DNA of 64,000 nucleotides from NCBI GenBank assembly GCA_029258835.1, contig JAPDJY010000030.1, positions 99,606-163,605 of the forward strand, in the 5' to 3' direction. Positions 1 through 10,080 of the stretch are shown here, one piece after another (position 1 is the first letter of the stretch; each line of letters opens with the position of its first letter). Origin of the DNA: Thermoproteota archaeon (GTDB taxonomy: Archaea; Asgardarchaeota; Jordiarchaeia; Jordiarchaeales; Freyrarchaeaceae). The notes beneath the pieces are model-generated. The model was not told the origin of the DNA and searched no databases. It saw only the letters and a list, made by a program, of their open reading frames with translations. The translations under genes were made by a program, and so were the position numbers.

Positions 1-2
1 AA

Positions 3-437
3 TGCTCGGAAGAAATAAGTAGGGTACTTAAAAACAGGGGGAAACTATACATAACGTGCCCTAACAGGATCGCCCCCCTCATAGTGGCGAGAGATGGACA
101 CTATGGCCTCCCCCTCCAGTCTCTAATGCCAAAGAAGCTGGCTGACGCCTATGTTAGAGCCGCAAGAAGAGCAGTGCACGACAACGTACCCTACCAGCCA
201 ACCTTCACCGGTCTAGTTGAACGCTTCAGGAAGCTTGGAATAACCCTGTACTCCGTAGAGTTAAGCTTAAAACTAAAATCCTTCTTTGACAGCAAGGACA
301 ACAGTGTGCTTTCTAAGGTTAAGAGAGCAATAGCCAAAGTCTTCCCTGGACTCGTCGAAATATACTCTCGGCACTTCTTCCTAAAGTGGTTCACTCCCTT
401 ATGGAGGTTCATAGGAGTGAAAACCAGAGAAGGATGA
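3..437 (+). CDS. Class I SAM-dependent methyltransferase, C-terminal part (5' end outside window)
   Basis: The frame is open from the window edge: EEISRVLKNRGKLYITCPNR...DGHYGLP, typical of the end of a Methyltransf_11 domain. Confidence 0.6.
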   Translation, partial: CSEEISRVLKNRGKLYITCPNRIAPLIVARDGHYGLPLQSLMPKKLADAYVRAARRAVHDNVPYQPTFTGLVERFRKLGITLYSVELSLKLKSFFDSKDNSVLSKVKRAIAKVFPGLVEIYSRHFFLKWFTPLWRFIGVKTREG

Positions 438-459
438 GTAAGAGTCAAACTAAAGTGGA

Positions 460-591
460 TGGTGGACCCCGCGGGACTTGTCCACCCTTCAGGTTTTGAA
501 TTCGCGACCCATCCAAGGGTTCCCGCGGCCTCCCGGGTGCAAACCGGGTGCTCTCAGCGCCACAAGCTCTACCAAGCTGAGCTAGGGGCCC
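460..591 (-). tRNA. tRNA-Ala(UGC) with three non-canonical introns and encoded CCA
   Basis: Acceptor stem GGGCCCC/GGGGTCC with G3:U70 and A73-CCA; anticodon arm CCCGG-TTTGCAC-CCGGG. The T arm GCGGG-TTCAAGT-CCCGC is restored only after removing 501-521 and ~478-495. D-arm insert at ~554-569. Confidence 0.9.
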
Positions 592-612
592 CGATCCTAT
601 GAAACGAATAGA

Positions 613-627
613 CCTTATTTAAGGTTT
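613..627 (-). promoter_or_regulatory. TATA box of tRNA-Ala
   Basis: AAACCTTAAATAAGG about 25-30 nt upstream of the tRNA. Confidence 0.6.
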
Positions 628-720
628 ATGATAGCTTTCCACATACCTTAACCACCAACGAGTAATTGCAAAGGTTGGTGGCGGCGTCGGCAAGCTGTGC
701 GGAGACGGATCTGCCAATAG

Positions 721-735
721 TAAAATTTATATAGA
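721..735 (+). promoter_or_regulatory. Probable BRE/TATA promoter of the hsp20-thermosome operon
   Basis: TAAAATTTATATAG upstream of hsp20; GGAGG ribosome-binding site before ATG 831. Confidence 0.5.
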
Positions 736-830
736 AGTGCTGTTTCACCTGTTTGTTGACGGGAAACGTCCTGTCACTCTCTTCTTACCTTTTTGTTGGG
801 GGAGAATTAAATCTAATAGGAGGTTAAAAC

Positions 831-1388
831 ATGAGCTTCTGGGAGCGAAGGAGACGAAGGCGCTTTCCCTTTGACGAATTCACCGACTGGTTTGAAGAGT
901 TCGAGGAGATGATTGAAGAATTCTTCCGTACATCACCTTTCAGGGATCTAGACAAAATGCTTAAAGACCTGCCGAAAACACGGTTATCAGATGGGACAGA
1001 GGTTACTGGCCCTATAGTGTGGGGGTGGAGCATAAAGATCGGGCCTGACGGGAAACCTGAGGTCCGCGAATTTGGTAACGTCCCACGTTACACGGGTGAG
1101 CCGTCTCCATCCCTAATAAGGGAGGTTAGGGAGCCCCTCGTAGACGTAGTTGAAGGTGACAAGGAGATAATAGTTGTTGCGGAGACGCCTGGAGTTGATA
1201 AGGAAGAAATATCGCTGAATTGTACTGAAGATGAGCTTGAGATAAAAGCGGGAGATAAGTATTATAAGCGTGTTAAGCTTCCAGCACCTGTTAAGCCTGA
1301 TGAGGCTAAAGCAAGCTACAAGAATGGGATTTTAGAAGTGAAGATACCCAGGCTGGAAAAGAAAGGACACGGGATAAAAGTAGAGTGA
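831..1388 (+). CDS. hsp20: Archaeal small heat shock protein Hsp20
   Basis: [34 protein letters not shown] alpha-crystallin domain, C-terminal IKVE. Confidence 0.95.
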   Translation: MSFWERRRRRRFPFDEFTDWFEEFEEMIEEFFRTSPFRDLDKMLKDLPKTRLSDGTEVTGPIVWGWSIKIGPDGKPEVREFGNVPRYTGEPSPSLIREVREPLVDVVEGDKEIIVVAETPGVDKEEISLNCTEDELEIKAGDKYYKRVKLPAPVKPDEAKASYKNGILEVKIPRLEKKGHGIKVE

Positions 1389-1419
1389 TCTGGATGCTCG
1401 TAAGTGGAGGTGTCAGAAG

Positions 1420-3063
1420 ATGAGTATGGGTGGAATACCCGTCCTAATATTGAAAGAAGGATCTGAAAGGACACGTGGACGCGACGCCCAGAGATCCAAC
1501 ATAATGGCTGCACGCGTGATAGCTGAAGCGGTCAGGACCACTCTTGGACCTAGGGGAATGGACAAGATGCTCGTGGACTCGCTTGGAGATATTACCATCA
1601 CGAACGATGGGGCAGCGATCCTAGACGAGATAGACGTGCAGCATCCCGCCGCTAAGATGATGGTTGAGGTGGCTAAGGCGCAGGATGACGAGGTCGGTGA
1701 CGGAACCACGACAGCAGTAATCGTCGCCGGTGAGCTACTTAAAAAGGCGGAGGAGTTACTAGATCAGAAGATCCATCCGACGGTCATAGTGGGAGGTTTC
1801 AAGAAAGCGGCTGATAAGGCTGAGGAAGTCCTAAAGAGCATGGCTACGGACGTTAAACCAGAGGATAAAGAGACGCTGTTTAAGATTGCTGCCACGGCAA
1901 TGAACAGTAAGGCTGTAGCCGGCGCTAGGGAGCACCTTGCTAGGATAGCCGTGGACGCCATACTTCAAGTTGCTGAGGAGGTTGACGGGAAGCTTGAAGC
2001 CGACAGGGACATGGTCAACCTTCTTAAGAAGCAAGGTAAGAGCCTACTTGAGACCGAACTAGTTAGGGGCATGGTCATCGACAAAGAGGTAGTGCATCCA
2101 GCGATGCCGAAGAGGGTTAAAGATGCAAAGATAGCGCTCCTAGACGCGCCGCTCGAAGTCGAGAAGACGGAGTTCGATGCGGAGATCAGGATAACAGACC
2201 CATCCCAGATGAAGATGTTCCTCGAAGAGGAGCAAAGGATCCTTAAGGATATGGTTGAAAAGATAAAGGCGTGCGGTGCCACGGTCCTCTTCTGCCAGAA
2301 GGGTATCGACGACCTAGCCCAACACTACCTAGCGAAGGCAGGAATAATGGCTGTTAGACGTGTGAAGAAGTCTGACATGGAGAAGCTATCTAAGGCTACG
2401 GGAGCAAGAATAGTGACGAACCTCGACGACTTGACATCTGAATCCTTAGGTGAAGCTGGACTGGTTGAGGAAGTTAAAATAGGCGAGGATAAAGTGGTGT
2501 ACGTCAGGGACTGCAAGAATCCTAAGGCGGTAACGATAGTTATACGTGGCGGAACCGAGCACGTAGTCGACGAGGCTGAAAGAGCACTTAACGATGCTCT
2601 TTGCGTTGTACGAGACGTGATAGAGGATCAGAAGATCGTCCCGGGCGGAGGCGCCGCAGAGGTGGAAGTTGCAAGGCAGCTAAGGAAGTACGCTGAGTCC
2701 ATAGGAGGCAGGGAGCAGCTGGCGATTGAAGCCTTCGCAGACGCGATAGAAGTAGTCCCTAGGACCTTAGCCGAGAACTCAGGTCATGACCCGCTCGACG
2801 TGATAGTGTCCTTAAGGGCGAAGCACGACAAGGATGGCACAGCAATAGGTTTAAACATTCAAACCGGCGAGCCTGACGACATGGTTAAGCTTGGAGTCCT
2901 TGAGCCACTCAGAGTTAAAATGCACGCCATAAAAACAGCAAGCGAAGCCGCATCGATGATCCTCAGGATAGACGACGTGATTGCATCGAAGCCTCACAAG
3001 GAGGAGAAGGAGAAGGGTAAGGGCGGACCAGAAACCATGCCTGGAATGGGCGGTGAATTCTAA
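1420..3063 (+). CDS. ths: Thermosome (group II chaperonin) subunit
   Basis: [24 protein letters not shown] and VPGGGA motifs; GMGG tail. Confidence 0.98.
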   Translation: MSMGGIPVLILKEGSERTRGRDAQRSNIMAARVIAEAVRTTLGPRGMDKMLVDSLGDITITNDGAAILDEIDVQHPAAKMMVEVAKAQDDEVGDGTTTAVIVAGELLKKAEELLDQKIHPTVIVGGFKKAADKAEEVLKSMATDVKPEDKETLFKIAATAMNSKAVAGAREHLARIAVDAILQVAEEVDGKLEADRDMVNLLKKQGKSLLETELVRGMVIDKEVVHPAMPKRVKDAKIALLDAPLEVEKTEFDAEIRITDPSQMKMFLEEEQRILKDMVEKIKACGATVLFCQKGIDDLAQHYLAKAGIMAVRRVKKSDMEKLSKATGARIVTNLDDLTSESLGEAGLVEEVKIGEDKVVYVRDCKNPKAVTIVIRGGTEHVVDEAERALNDALCVVRDVIEDQKIVPGGGAAEVEVARQLRKYAESIGGREQLAIEAFADAIEVVPRTLAENSGHDPLDVIVSLRAKHDKDGTAIGLNIQTGEPDDMVKLGVLEPLRVKMHAIKTASEAASMILRIDDVIASKPHKEEKEKGKGGPETMPGMGGEF

Positions 3064-3067
3064 AACC

Positions 3068-3092
3068 ATCTTTTTCTCTCTTTCCTTAATTA
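3068..3092 (+). terminator. Pyrimidine-rich archaeal terminator
   Basis: TCTTTTTCTCTCTTTCC directly after the stop codon. Confidence 0.5.
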
Positions 3093-3219
3093 TTCCCGGT
3101 TCTATTCCGATTTCTAAGGGTTCCCTAAATGCTTGAAATTATATCTTAAACCAGGGATAAACCCCCACCTGTCTTCGCTGGTAGTTTATGACCTTACAGG
3201 AACCCTCTACCCTGTTTTG

Positions 3220-4131
3220 TCATGAAGAGGTTCTTGCCGGAACCTTACCGGATTCTCCTTCCGCTTCATTTCTCAACTTGCATCTGAGTTTATCCAACAA
3301 GTGTTGATAGGTTTCGATTGGCAGTATGTCCTTCTTAATCGGTACTTTCATTCTCATCTTTCTCATGGCTTCCAAGTTTATGATTCCAACCTTGAAATCC
3401 TCCTCTCCAACTTTGCACTCAACAGTCACCCTACCTAGCGGGTCTATCACCCTACTATGGCCAAAGAATGAAACACCTCTTTGCTCCCCTGCAACGTTAA
3501 CATAAACGAGGTATGCTGCGTTCTCGAATGCTCTTACTGGAAGTACCATGTCGAAGAGGCGCTTTGAAGTTACTGGGGCAGCAGAGATATTTATTATTAT
3601 ATCAACGTCACAGTATCCGTATATTCTTGACGCCTCGGGAAAGGCGAAGTCGCGGCAAACTTGCAAGCCTATCCTCCCCAGCCGTGTATCGCAAACTTTC
3701 ATTTCCTCCCCTGGCCTGCAGTACAAATGCTCGAAGAACACTCCCCTACCATACTTTCCAGTCGGTAGGTGAACCTTGTTGTAAACGTTAACTTTCCCGT
3801 CCGGCTCTAGGAGGATCGCACTGTTGTAAACCACCCCCCTCTGTTTTGACGGCTCTGTTGGAGCGCCGAAAACGATGTGTAGACCTGTTTTAGAAGCTAA
3901 AGATGAAAGTTTCCTTATCGACTCCCCGTCAAGTCGCTGGACACACCTGTAAAACGTTTCAAAATCCTTTCCGTCCATGACCATGTAACCGCAAAGGCAC
4001 ATTTCCGGGAAAACTATCATTTCCGCCTCTAAACCTGCTGCCCTCTCAATGAGAGAACACATTCTCTTAAGGTTTCCGTCAACGTCTCCACACACGCTAT
4101 TGATCTGCGCTAAGGCGACCTTAAACTCCAT
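3220..4131 (-). CDS. Carbon-nitrogen hydrolase (nitrilase family)
   Basis: Catalytic triad motifs VFPE, YNKVHL, QVCRD. Start at MEFKV (4131), preceded by GGAGGTG. Confidence 0.9.
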   Translation of the reverse strand: MEFKVALAQINSVCGDVDGNLKRMCSLIERAAGLEAEMIVFPEMCLCGYMVMDGKDFETFYRCVQRLDGESIRKLSSLASKTGLHIVFGAPTEPSKQRGVVYNSAILLEPDGKVNVYNKVHLPTGKYGRGVFFEHLYCRPGEEMKVCDTRLGRIGLQVCRDFAFPEASRIYGYCDVDIIINISAAPVTSKRLFDMVLPVRAFENAAYLVYVNVAGEQRGVSFFGHSRVIDPLGRVTVECKVGEEDFKVGIINLEAMRKMRMKVPIKKDILPIETYQHLLDKLRCKLRNEAEGESGKVPARTSS

Positions 4132-4238
4132 AAATACACCTCCAAACGGCTCAGCTGAAAGAGAAGTTATAGCTGAAAGAATATATAACGTTATAAGTCC
4201 CCTCCCCCCTTCCGGCGCCAAACCTTTTTATCTCCTCC

Positions 4239-5267
4239 TTGCTCAGTAAGAGAAGGAAGCCCTTTAAGAACCAGCTGAACCGGGGATGCGCCTTGACTCC
4301 CCTCGAAGCCGTCGTTTGGCCATGTACATTAAGGTGTAATGGTACCTGTGTTCACTGCTATGTTAGAGGCCGCTTTCACAGAGAGCTGGGGGTAGGCGAC
4401 GGGAAGCGTATCGTGGCTGAAGCGGCGAGGGCGGGAGCTAAAATGATCTCCTTCGTCGGCGGGGAGCCTCTTCTGAGGGAAGACTTGCCATCCCTCATGA
4501 AATACGCTGCAGACCTTGGAATGAAGGTTGAAGTGGTGACGAACGGCTTTCTTATGAACATTAGGGTGGCAAGCGTCCTCGCCCGCCTCGAAGCAAAGGT
4601 GTTGTTAAGCGTTGATGGAGCATCTAAGGTAACATGTGAGTCCATAAGGGGGCAAGGAGCATGGAAAAAAATAATGACCGCTGTGGATGTTATGAACTCG
4701 GCGGGTCTAGAGTTTATCCCCGTAATGGTTATAACAGGTCTTAACGCTCATGAAGCCGGAGATTTCGTCTCTTTTTCATGCGACATTGGGGGGAAGCTAG
4801 CATCCTTCCTAACGCTAATTCCCTCTGGAGCGGCAAAGGACAACAGGCTTCTAGACTTAAGCCCTGAGCAGTTAAAGCAGTCGCTGCTCAGCATAGATGA
4901 ATCAGCAGACCGTCTTTCCTACTCGGCAGAGGTCCGCTGCACCCCCTTCGCAGAAAGAATCATCACGTCAAAACATGTTAAGGTGTGGGGCTGTTACTAT
5001 AACGTCATGGACCTTAATCCAGTCGGCGACGTGCTTCTCTGCGACGTTTTAGATGTTAAGCTCGGCAACATACTGGAGGATGGTGGTCCGGAAAGCTGGA
5101 AAAAGCTTTACAGCAGGAGAGTGGACATGGGCTTACTGGACTGGGAGAACTTGGAGGGTAAATGCTTAACCTGTCCTGTTAGGGGTTTCTGCCTTGGAGG
5201 ATGTAGGGCGAGAGCCTACCTGGCAACTGGCTCCTTCTTTAAACCCGATCCCTTATGTCCCTTCTGA
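4239..5267 (+). CDS. Radical SAM/SPASM domain protein
   Basis: CNGTCVHC, GGEP, C-terminal CxxC...CxGGC...DPLC. The true start may lie slightly downstream. Confidence 0.9.
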   Translation: MLSKRRKPFKNQLNRGCALTPLEAVVWPCTLRCNGTCVHCYVRGRFHRELGVGDGKRIVAEAARAGAKMISFVGGEPLLREDLPSLMKYAADLGMKVEVVTNGFLMNIRVASVLARLEAKVLLSVDGASKVTCESIRGQGAWKKIMTAVDVMNSAGLEFIPVMVITGLNAHEAGDFVSFSCDIGGKLASFLTLIPSGAAKDNRLLDLSPEQLKQSLLSIDESADRLSYSAEVRCTPFAERIITSKHVKVWGCYYNVMDLNPVGDVLLCDVLDVKLGNILEDGGPESWKKLYSRRVDMGLLDWENLEGKCLTCPVRGFCLGGCRARAYLATGSFFKPDPLCPF

Positions 5268-5294
5268 AAGCCGACCACGAGCATTAAGCAATTT

Positions 5295-6623
5295 TTAGTG
5301 TAAGCTGTATTTCTCTCCCAATTGAGGTATCGTGACGCTTGTCCCAACCCCTTTAATGAACTTTGCGAATACCTCCGGGTGCTCACAGTGAATGGGGAAG
5401 ACTTGCTTCGGCTTTATTCTGCTTACAACATTCTTCAGCTCGATTGGCATTATGTGGCCTGAAACATGCACACGGTACTGGGGTAGCCCGTAGTGCCTCA
5501 GCCAGTTAAGCATCTTATTGAAGTCTATCTCCATTTCTTCGTTGAACGGCTCTGAGGAGGAATACACGTAGCAGCTTCCAGGTACAGGTTTAATATCGAT
5601 TAGCTCTTCGAAATCGTAGAGGGACGCAACCAGTATTACCTCTCTTTGCCTTTTTGAGACTTCATAGGCGTCAACGACGGTCTCTCCCTCTAAAACCTCC
5701 CTCTCCCACCTCTTGTATGATTTCTTCTTTTTCTTGAAGATTAGGATGTGCTCGTCTTTCACGTCTGGGATGTTGAGATGTGGGTCTTCTTTCAGCCTGC
5801 TCAGGAGGTAGGCTTGTCTCGCTGATACAATTAGCCTCCTCCCGCTTTCTTTAGCGACCTCGTAAAAAGTTCTCAGCCTGTCAATGTCTGTGCTGGCAAA
5901 GTAGGTGACTATTAACCCGTCGGTGTTACCCACTATATAGCTAAGTTTATTCTTGACCTCTACTTCGGATGAGACGTGTGCAGCCGATATGTTTGTGGCC
6001 TCCGTTACCAAAACGTCGACGTCCTCCGATGCAGCTTCATCTACGAAGTCCTCGGTTAACTCCTTCTTGGCTCCATGCATCCTGAAGTCTCCTGTGTAAA
6101 CTATAGTTCCTTCCGAGGTATAGATGATGAACCCGTATGACCCGGGAACCGAGTGGTCCACGTGAACTGGTTTAACTTCGACGCCACCCACCTCAATTTT
6201 CCTCCCAGTCCTGAACGTTTGAAGCCTTTCTCTTCCAACGCCTCCCCCAACAATCCATTTTCCCATGTTGGTAAATACATCCATCATCGTTGCCGCCGTC
6301 TCACCGCAGAAAACAGAGATCTCATCCTTAACTATGGGGACATAGCCAGCGTGGTCCATGTGAACATGGGATACTATGACCGCGTCGACTGCAGCTTCCT
6401 CCCTGTCGAACCGGTAGACGCCTCTAAGCGGTGGTATCATCCCAAGATCTATCAGTCCTTCCTCCCTTCTAGGTGATAGGAAGGGTGTAGCGTAGAACTT
6501 CCCCATTTGAGCAAATGAAACGCCGAAATCCAGGAAAATCTGTACATCCCCATCCTCAAGTAAAACCTTATTCCCTCCAACCTCCCTCAATCCACCATAG
6601 AACGTTAGACTGACCAAAGGCAA
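5295..6623 (-). CDS. MBL-fold/beta-CASP hydrolase, RNase J-like
   Basis: SHVHMDH, VDHS, YTGDFRMHG, HVSGH and PIHCEH motifs. Confidence 0.85.
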   Translation of the reverse strand: MPLVSLTFYGGLREVGGNKVLLEDGDVQIFLDFGVSFAQMGKFYATPFLSPRREEGLIDLGMIPPLRGVYRFDREEAAVDAVIVSHVHMDHAGYVPIVKDEISVFCGETAATMMDVFTNMGKWIVGGGVGRERLQTFRTGRKIEVGGVEVKPVHVDHSVPGSYGFIIYTSEGTIVYTGDFRMHGAKKELTEDFVDEAASEDVDVLVTEATNISAAHVSSEVEVKNKLSYIVGNTDGLIVTYFASTDIDRLRTFYEVAKESGRRLIVSARQAYLLSRLKEDPHLNIPDVKDEHILIFKKKKKSYKRWEREVLEGETVVDAYEVSKRQREVILVASLYDFEELIDIKPVPGSCYVYSSSEPFNEEMEIDFNKMLNWLRHYGLPQYRVHVSGHIMPIELKNVVSRIKPKQVFPIHCEHPEVFAKFIKGVGTSVTIPQLGEKYSLH

Positions 6624-6665
6624 CCTTCCTCCTCAGCGAGCTTAAAGCACTCCGAAACTTCCCTA

Positions 6666-7001
6666 TCAACTTTTCTTCTCTTTCTCGGCCACCTTCAAGG
6701 TTTTCACGTCGCTTTCTATGTCATGGTATATTCTCAGCTCTAAATCCCCTTCAGGAATGGCGACGATTTTCCCGTGTACCATTTTAACCATGCAACTGGT
6801 GATCTCCGCCTCACTCACCACTTCTTCAGCAACAGTCCTTTCCTCCCGCTTTCCTCCTCTATCGATAACTAAGATCACGGTTACCCTCCAAGCCTTCCCC
6901 TCAGGAGCGACCTCAAGCTTCTGGAAGCCATCATACACGACCATTTTTTTAACCATGATCCCCCTCTCGAACTCGTTCACGCTAAAAATGCTTTCAGTCA
7001 A
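6666..7001 (-). CDS. Hypothetical beta-rich protein (probable start MVKK ~6957)
   Basis: Fits gene spacing and codon style; no recognisable motif. Confidence 0.6.
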   Translation of the reverse strand: MTESIFSVNEFERGIMVKKMVVYDGFQKLEVAPEGKAWRVTVILVIDRGGKREERTVAEEVVSEAEITSCMVKMVHGKIVAIPEGDLELRIYHDIESDVKTLKVAEKEKKS

Positions 7002-7145
7002 AACTCACGTTTTCTCCTCTAAAAAGGTTAGCTGTAAACCTCTTTAAGCTAGATCCCCTACGATAGGAAAACGTAAATCTTGCCTCGAAGAATTCTCCAG
7101 TGGAGAACCTGTTCAAAGTAGAGAGCATAGCTGGAGCTTGATACG

Positions 7146-8576
7146 TTGCTCCTCCTTAACGATAAGGATGAGGGAAAAACCATAGGATTCTTCGTGGTCG
7201 ACGTCCATACGCACCTAGGTAAAGAGGAAGTAATGGACGGCAGAGGAGTAGCCTACCGGTCTAACACCCCTAGACAGACAATTGACTTCTACCATCGCCT
7301 CCAGTTTGAAATAAGGTCTTCCATAGACTCCTCCCCTGATAAGTATCGTTTCACACCTGCTTCCCCCCTAACTATGCCACCCCCTCCATTAAAACCATTC
7401 TACGATGCCATTGGAAGGTCATGGGGGTGGACTGTAGACCAGTTCGTGGCTTTCCCATTTAACGATTTTAGAGCCTACTCTACTAAGCCAAGCTTCCAGA
7501 AGCCTAACAACCTGATTCTAAAGCGCTCGTTGACCCTCCCATTTTCACCACGTCTTTTGGGATTCATTAGGGTTGACCCGCATGACGGTGAAGACGCCGT
7601 TAAGGAAGTTGAAAGATGTGCTGAGATCGGCGCAAGAGGATTGAAACTTCACCCGATCTCTCAGAACTTTCTAGACGAAATACTCTCGAAGAACGTGAAG
7701 AACGTCACCTTAGCCGCAGTCAACAATGGACTGCCCGTCCTGTTCGACTGTCGCTACTACGCCACAGCAGAGGACATATACCAGCTTACACAGGAAGTAC
7801 GTGGAGAAGCAAAAAGAGGGGACTTCGCAATCATACTCGGCCATTCATGTATGGAATACGCGAAGGACGGACTCTACGAAATACTCGGCGACCCGAACAT
7901 TTACGGTGACACGTCAGGAGTGCGAGGGGACGACATCCCCCTTTTCTTCAGGAAGCTCAAATCCCACCTTGAAGACAGCTGGTCAAGCAAAATACTCTTC
8001 GGAACAGACTACAACTACTTTACAATCCCTCAAGCCTTAGACTTTATAACCTACCTTTTAACGTGGGAATTCCATGAAGAAACGGATGCGTCTTGGATGG
8101 ACATCCAGAGAATACTTGGAGCAAACGCCCTATCACTCATAAAACCATACATCCACCGTTCACGTGGTGAAATTTTTTTCGCGACACTTAAAGGAACCGC
8201 ACAGGACGCATTCCTAAGCTCCCTACAACGCAGGTTAAGTGAAAAAGCACGTAGGAAGGAAGTGAACAGTTTAACCTACGACCCCCTCGTCACCGGAAGA
8301 GGGAGAATAGACCCCTCAAGCTTCATTTCATCGTTTGGCAAGATGGATGGAAGGCAAATGAGAGCCATCCTTTTTAAAAAGTCCCTTCTACATCCCGAAC
8401 AAGCCATGATAATATCTATCCCAATCAAACCACCATTCCTTCCAAACCTGAGAATAAGAAGCCATAACTCAAGCCAGTACTTCGAAATCGTACGGTTCTC
8501 CCTCACCAGAAAGCCGGTGGAAGCATCCTCCAGTATCGACGCCGAAAAATTGACGGAAAAAATCTGCCGTCTGTAA
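7146..8576 (+). CDS. Amidohydrolase_2 family metallohydrolase with C-terminal extension
   Basis: VDVHTH, GLKLHP, LGHS, GDTSG and LFGTDY motifs. Confidence 0.85.
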   Translation: MLLLNDKDEGKTIGFFVVDVHTHLGKEEVMDGRGVAYRSNTPRQTIDFYHRLQFEIRSSIDSSPDKYRFTPASPLTMPPPPLKPFYDAIGRSWGWTVDQFVAFPFNDFRAYSTKPSFQKPNNLILKRSLTLPFSPRLLGFIRVDPHDGEDAVKEVERCAEIGARGLKLHPISQNFLDEILSKNVKNVTLAAVNNGLPVLFDCRYYATAEDIYQLTQEVRGEAKRGDFAIILGHSCMEYAKDGLYEILGDPNIYGDTSGVRGDDIPLFFRKLKSHLEDSWSSKILFGTDYNYFTIPQALDFITYLLTWEFHEETDASWMDIQRILGANALSLIKPYIHRSRGEIFFATLKGTAQDAFLSSLQRRLSEKARRKEVNSLTYDPLVTGRGRIDPSSFISSFGKMDGRQMRAILFKKSLLHPEQAMIISIPIKPPFLPNLRIRSHNSSQYFEIVRFSLTRKPVEASSSIDAEKLTEKICRL

Positions 8577-8718
8577 TTTGTTCATCCATCTTCTTTCCTC
8601 CATGCACTTATAGTTTCGTGTAAAACACCGTGAATGCGCATTTTCCTCCATTACGGGTTTTTCCAGAAACTTTTTAACATTTACACCTACTAAAAGGTGT
8701 AAGCGGGGGGATGTTTTT

Positions 8719-10044
8719 ATGTCCGTCAAACTTGAGGTCGTCAACGCAGGAGCCGCCGATGGACGTGCATTCATGAACAAGAACGACATGAACCAGCTTG
8801 GCGTCGACGACTTCGACGTGGTGGTTTTCATTAACGAGTACGAGGACTGGGGGGCCGTGCAGGTCATGTCAAGAGAAGACTGCCCTGAAGGATACATCAT
8901 GATCGACGAGGACGTCCTAGACTCCGCAAACGTCTCCGAGGGAGACACCGTCACCGTCAAGAAGAAGAAAGTCACAGGTGGAATAAAATTCGTTCAGCTC
9001 GGCGTTGAACCAATGGAAGGCCAGTCGACGGAGGACGTGGTCGTGTGGGTCGCAGATCATGTAGGCGAACTAGCACGAATACTCAAAAAGAGACCCATAT
9101 ACAGGAACCTTGAGTTAAGCTGGCGAGACGCCGAGTGCGGCCACATCAAGCTCAGAGTCCAATCCACCAAACCTGAACTCTACGGTGAAGATGTCGGAAT
9201 AGTCGACCCGACCGGGCACGAGGTAACCTTCGAGATAGTCCCCGCCTTAGACATGACGTTTAACGCCATCCTCATGATCGATGTTTCGGGCTCCATGCAA
9301 AAGAAGGACATGAAAGTTAAGAACGTTGACGGCGCAATAGAGGGACTTAGAAAAGGCATGAGAGAGACGCCTCGCCTCCAAGAATTCCTAATAGGAATGG
9401 AGGAAGGCGGCATGGTCAGCAGGATAAAGGCCGCCGCCTTAGCGACGCTGCTCTACCTCTCCCTCAAGATCGGGAGAGGATGGGGTGAAAACGTTCAAGT
9501 GATAACGTTCGCCGACCAAGTAGAACCGTTAACGATAACAGATCAGGATGGCAACACAACCACAGTAATTAAGTGTACTGGCGAGAGCAGGGCGCTCGGC
9601 CTTGAAGTCATAGGCGAGTACATATTAGAGAGGTGTCAAGAGGGAAGCGGGTTAACGTTCATGAGCGGCGCCCTAAAAACAGCAGCCGAACTCGCTGAAA
9701 GGTTCCCGCCAAACCCAAAAACAGGAAAGCCAAACCCGGTGATGTTCGTGCTCCTCTCGGATGGCTACCCTAACACTGGCGATGAGGCGGCTGGGATACC
9801 TGTTAATCCAATACCGGTGGTAAGGAACTACTTCTCCGGAAGGCCGGAGTGGGTCCTCTACACTATTGGGATAGGCGAGGCGGACGTAGAGCTCATGCGT
9901 AGGTTAGCCGAGATCGGTAGGGGTGAGTTCTTCAAGGCAGACGACTTCGGCGACCTAACACGTTGGTACGATCTCCTAGCACAGCGTTTTGCCATATCCG
10001 TTAGGACCACACCTTCGCAGTTCGCCGAGGCAAGCGAACTCTAA
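8719..10044 (+). CDS. vWA-domain protein with N-terminal CDC48-N-like domain
   Basis: Complete MIDAS (IDVSGSM, GLTFM, LLSDG). The N-terminal ~170 aa resemble a CDC48/VAT double-psi barrel (DMNQLGV...IMIDEDVLDSANVSEGDTVTV). Confidence 0.8.
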   Translation: MSVKLEVVNAGAADGRAFMNKNDMNQLGVDDFDVVVFINEYEDWGAVQVMSREDCPEGYIMIDEDVLDSANVSEGDTVTVKKKKVTGGIKFVQLGVEPMEGQSTEDVVVWVADHVGELARILKKRPIYRNLELSWRDAECGHIKLRVQSTKPELYGEDVGIVDPTGHEVTFEIVPALDMTFNAILMIDVSGSMQKKDMKVKNVDGAIEGLRKGMRETPRLQEFLIGMEEGGMVSRIKAAALATLLYLSLKIGRGWGENVQVITFADQVEPLTITDQDGNTTTVIKCTGESRALGLEVIGEYILERCQEGSGLTFMSGALKTAAELAERFPPNPKTGKPNPVMFVLLSDGYPNTGDEAAGIPVNPIPVVRNYFSGRPEWVLYTIGIGEADVELMRRLAEIGRGEFFKADDFGDLTRWYDLLAQRFAISVRTTPSQFAEASEL

Positions 10045-10080
10045 CTTCCCGCAACCTTAGAACGTGGAAAGAAGGAATCA

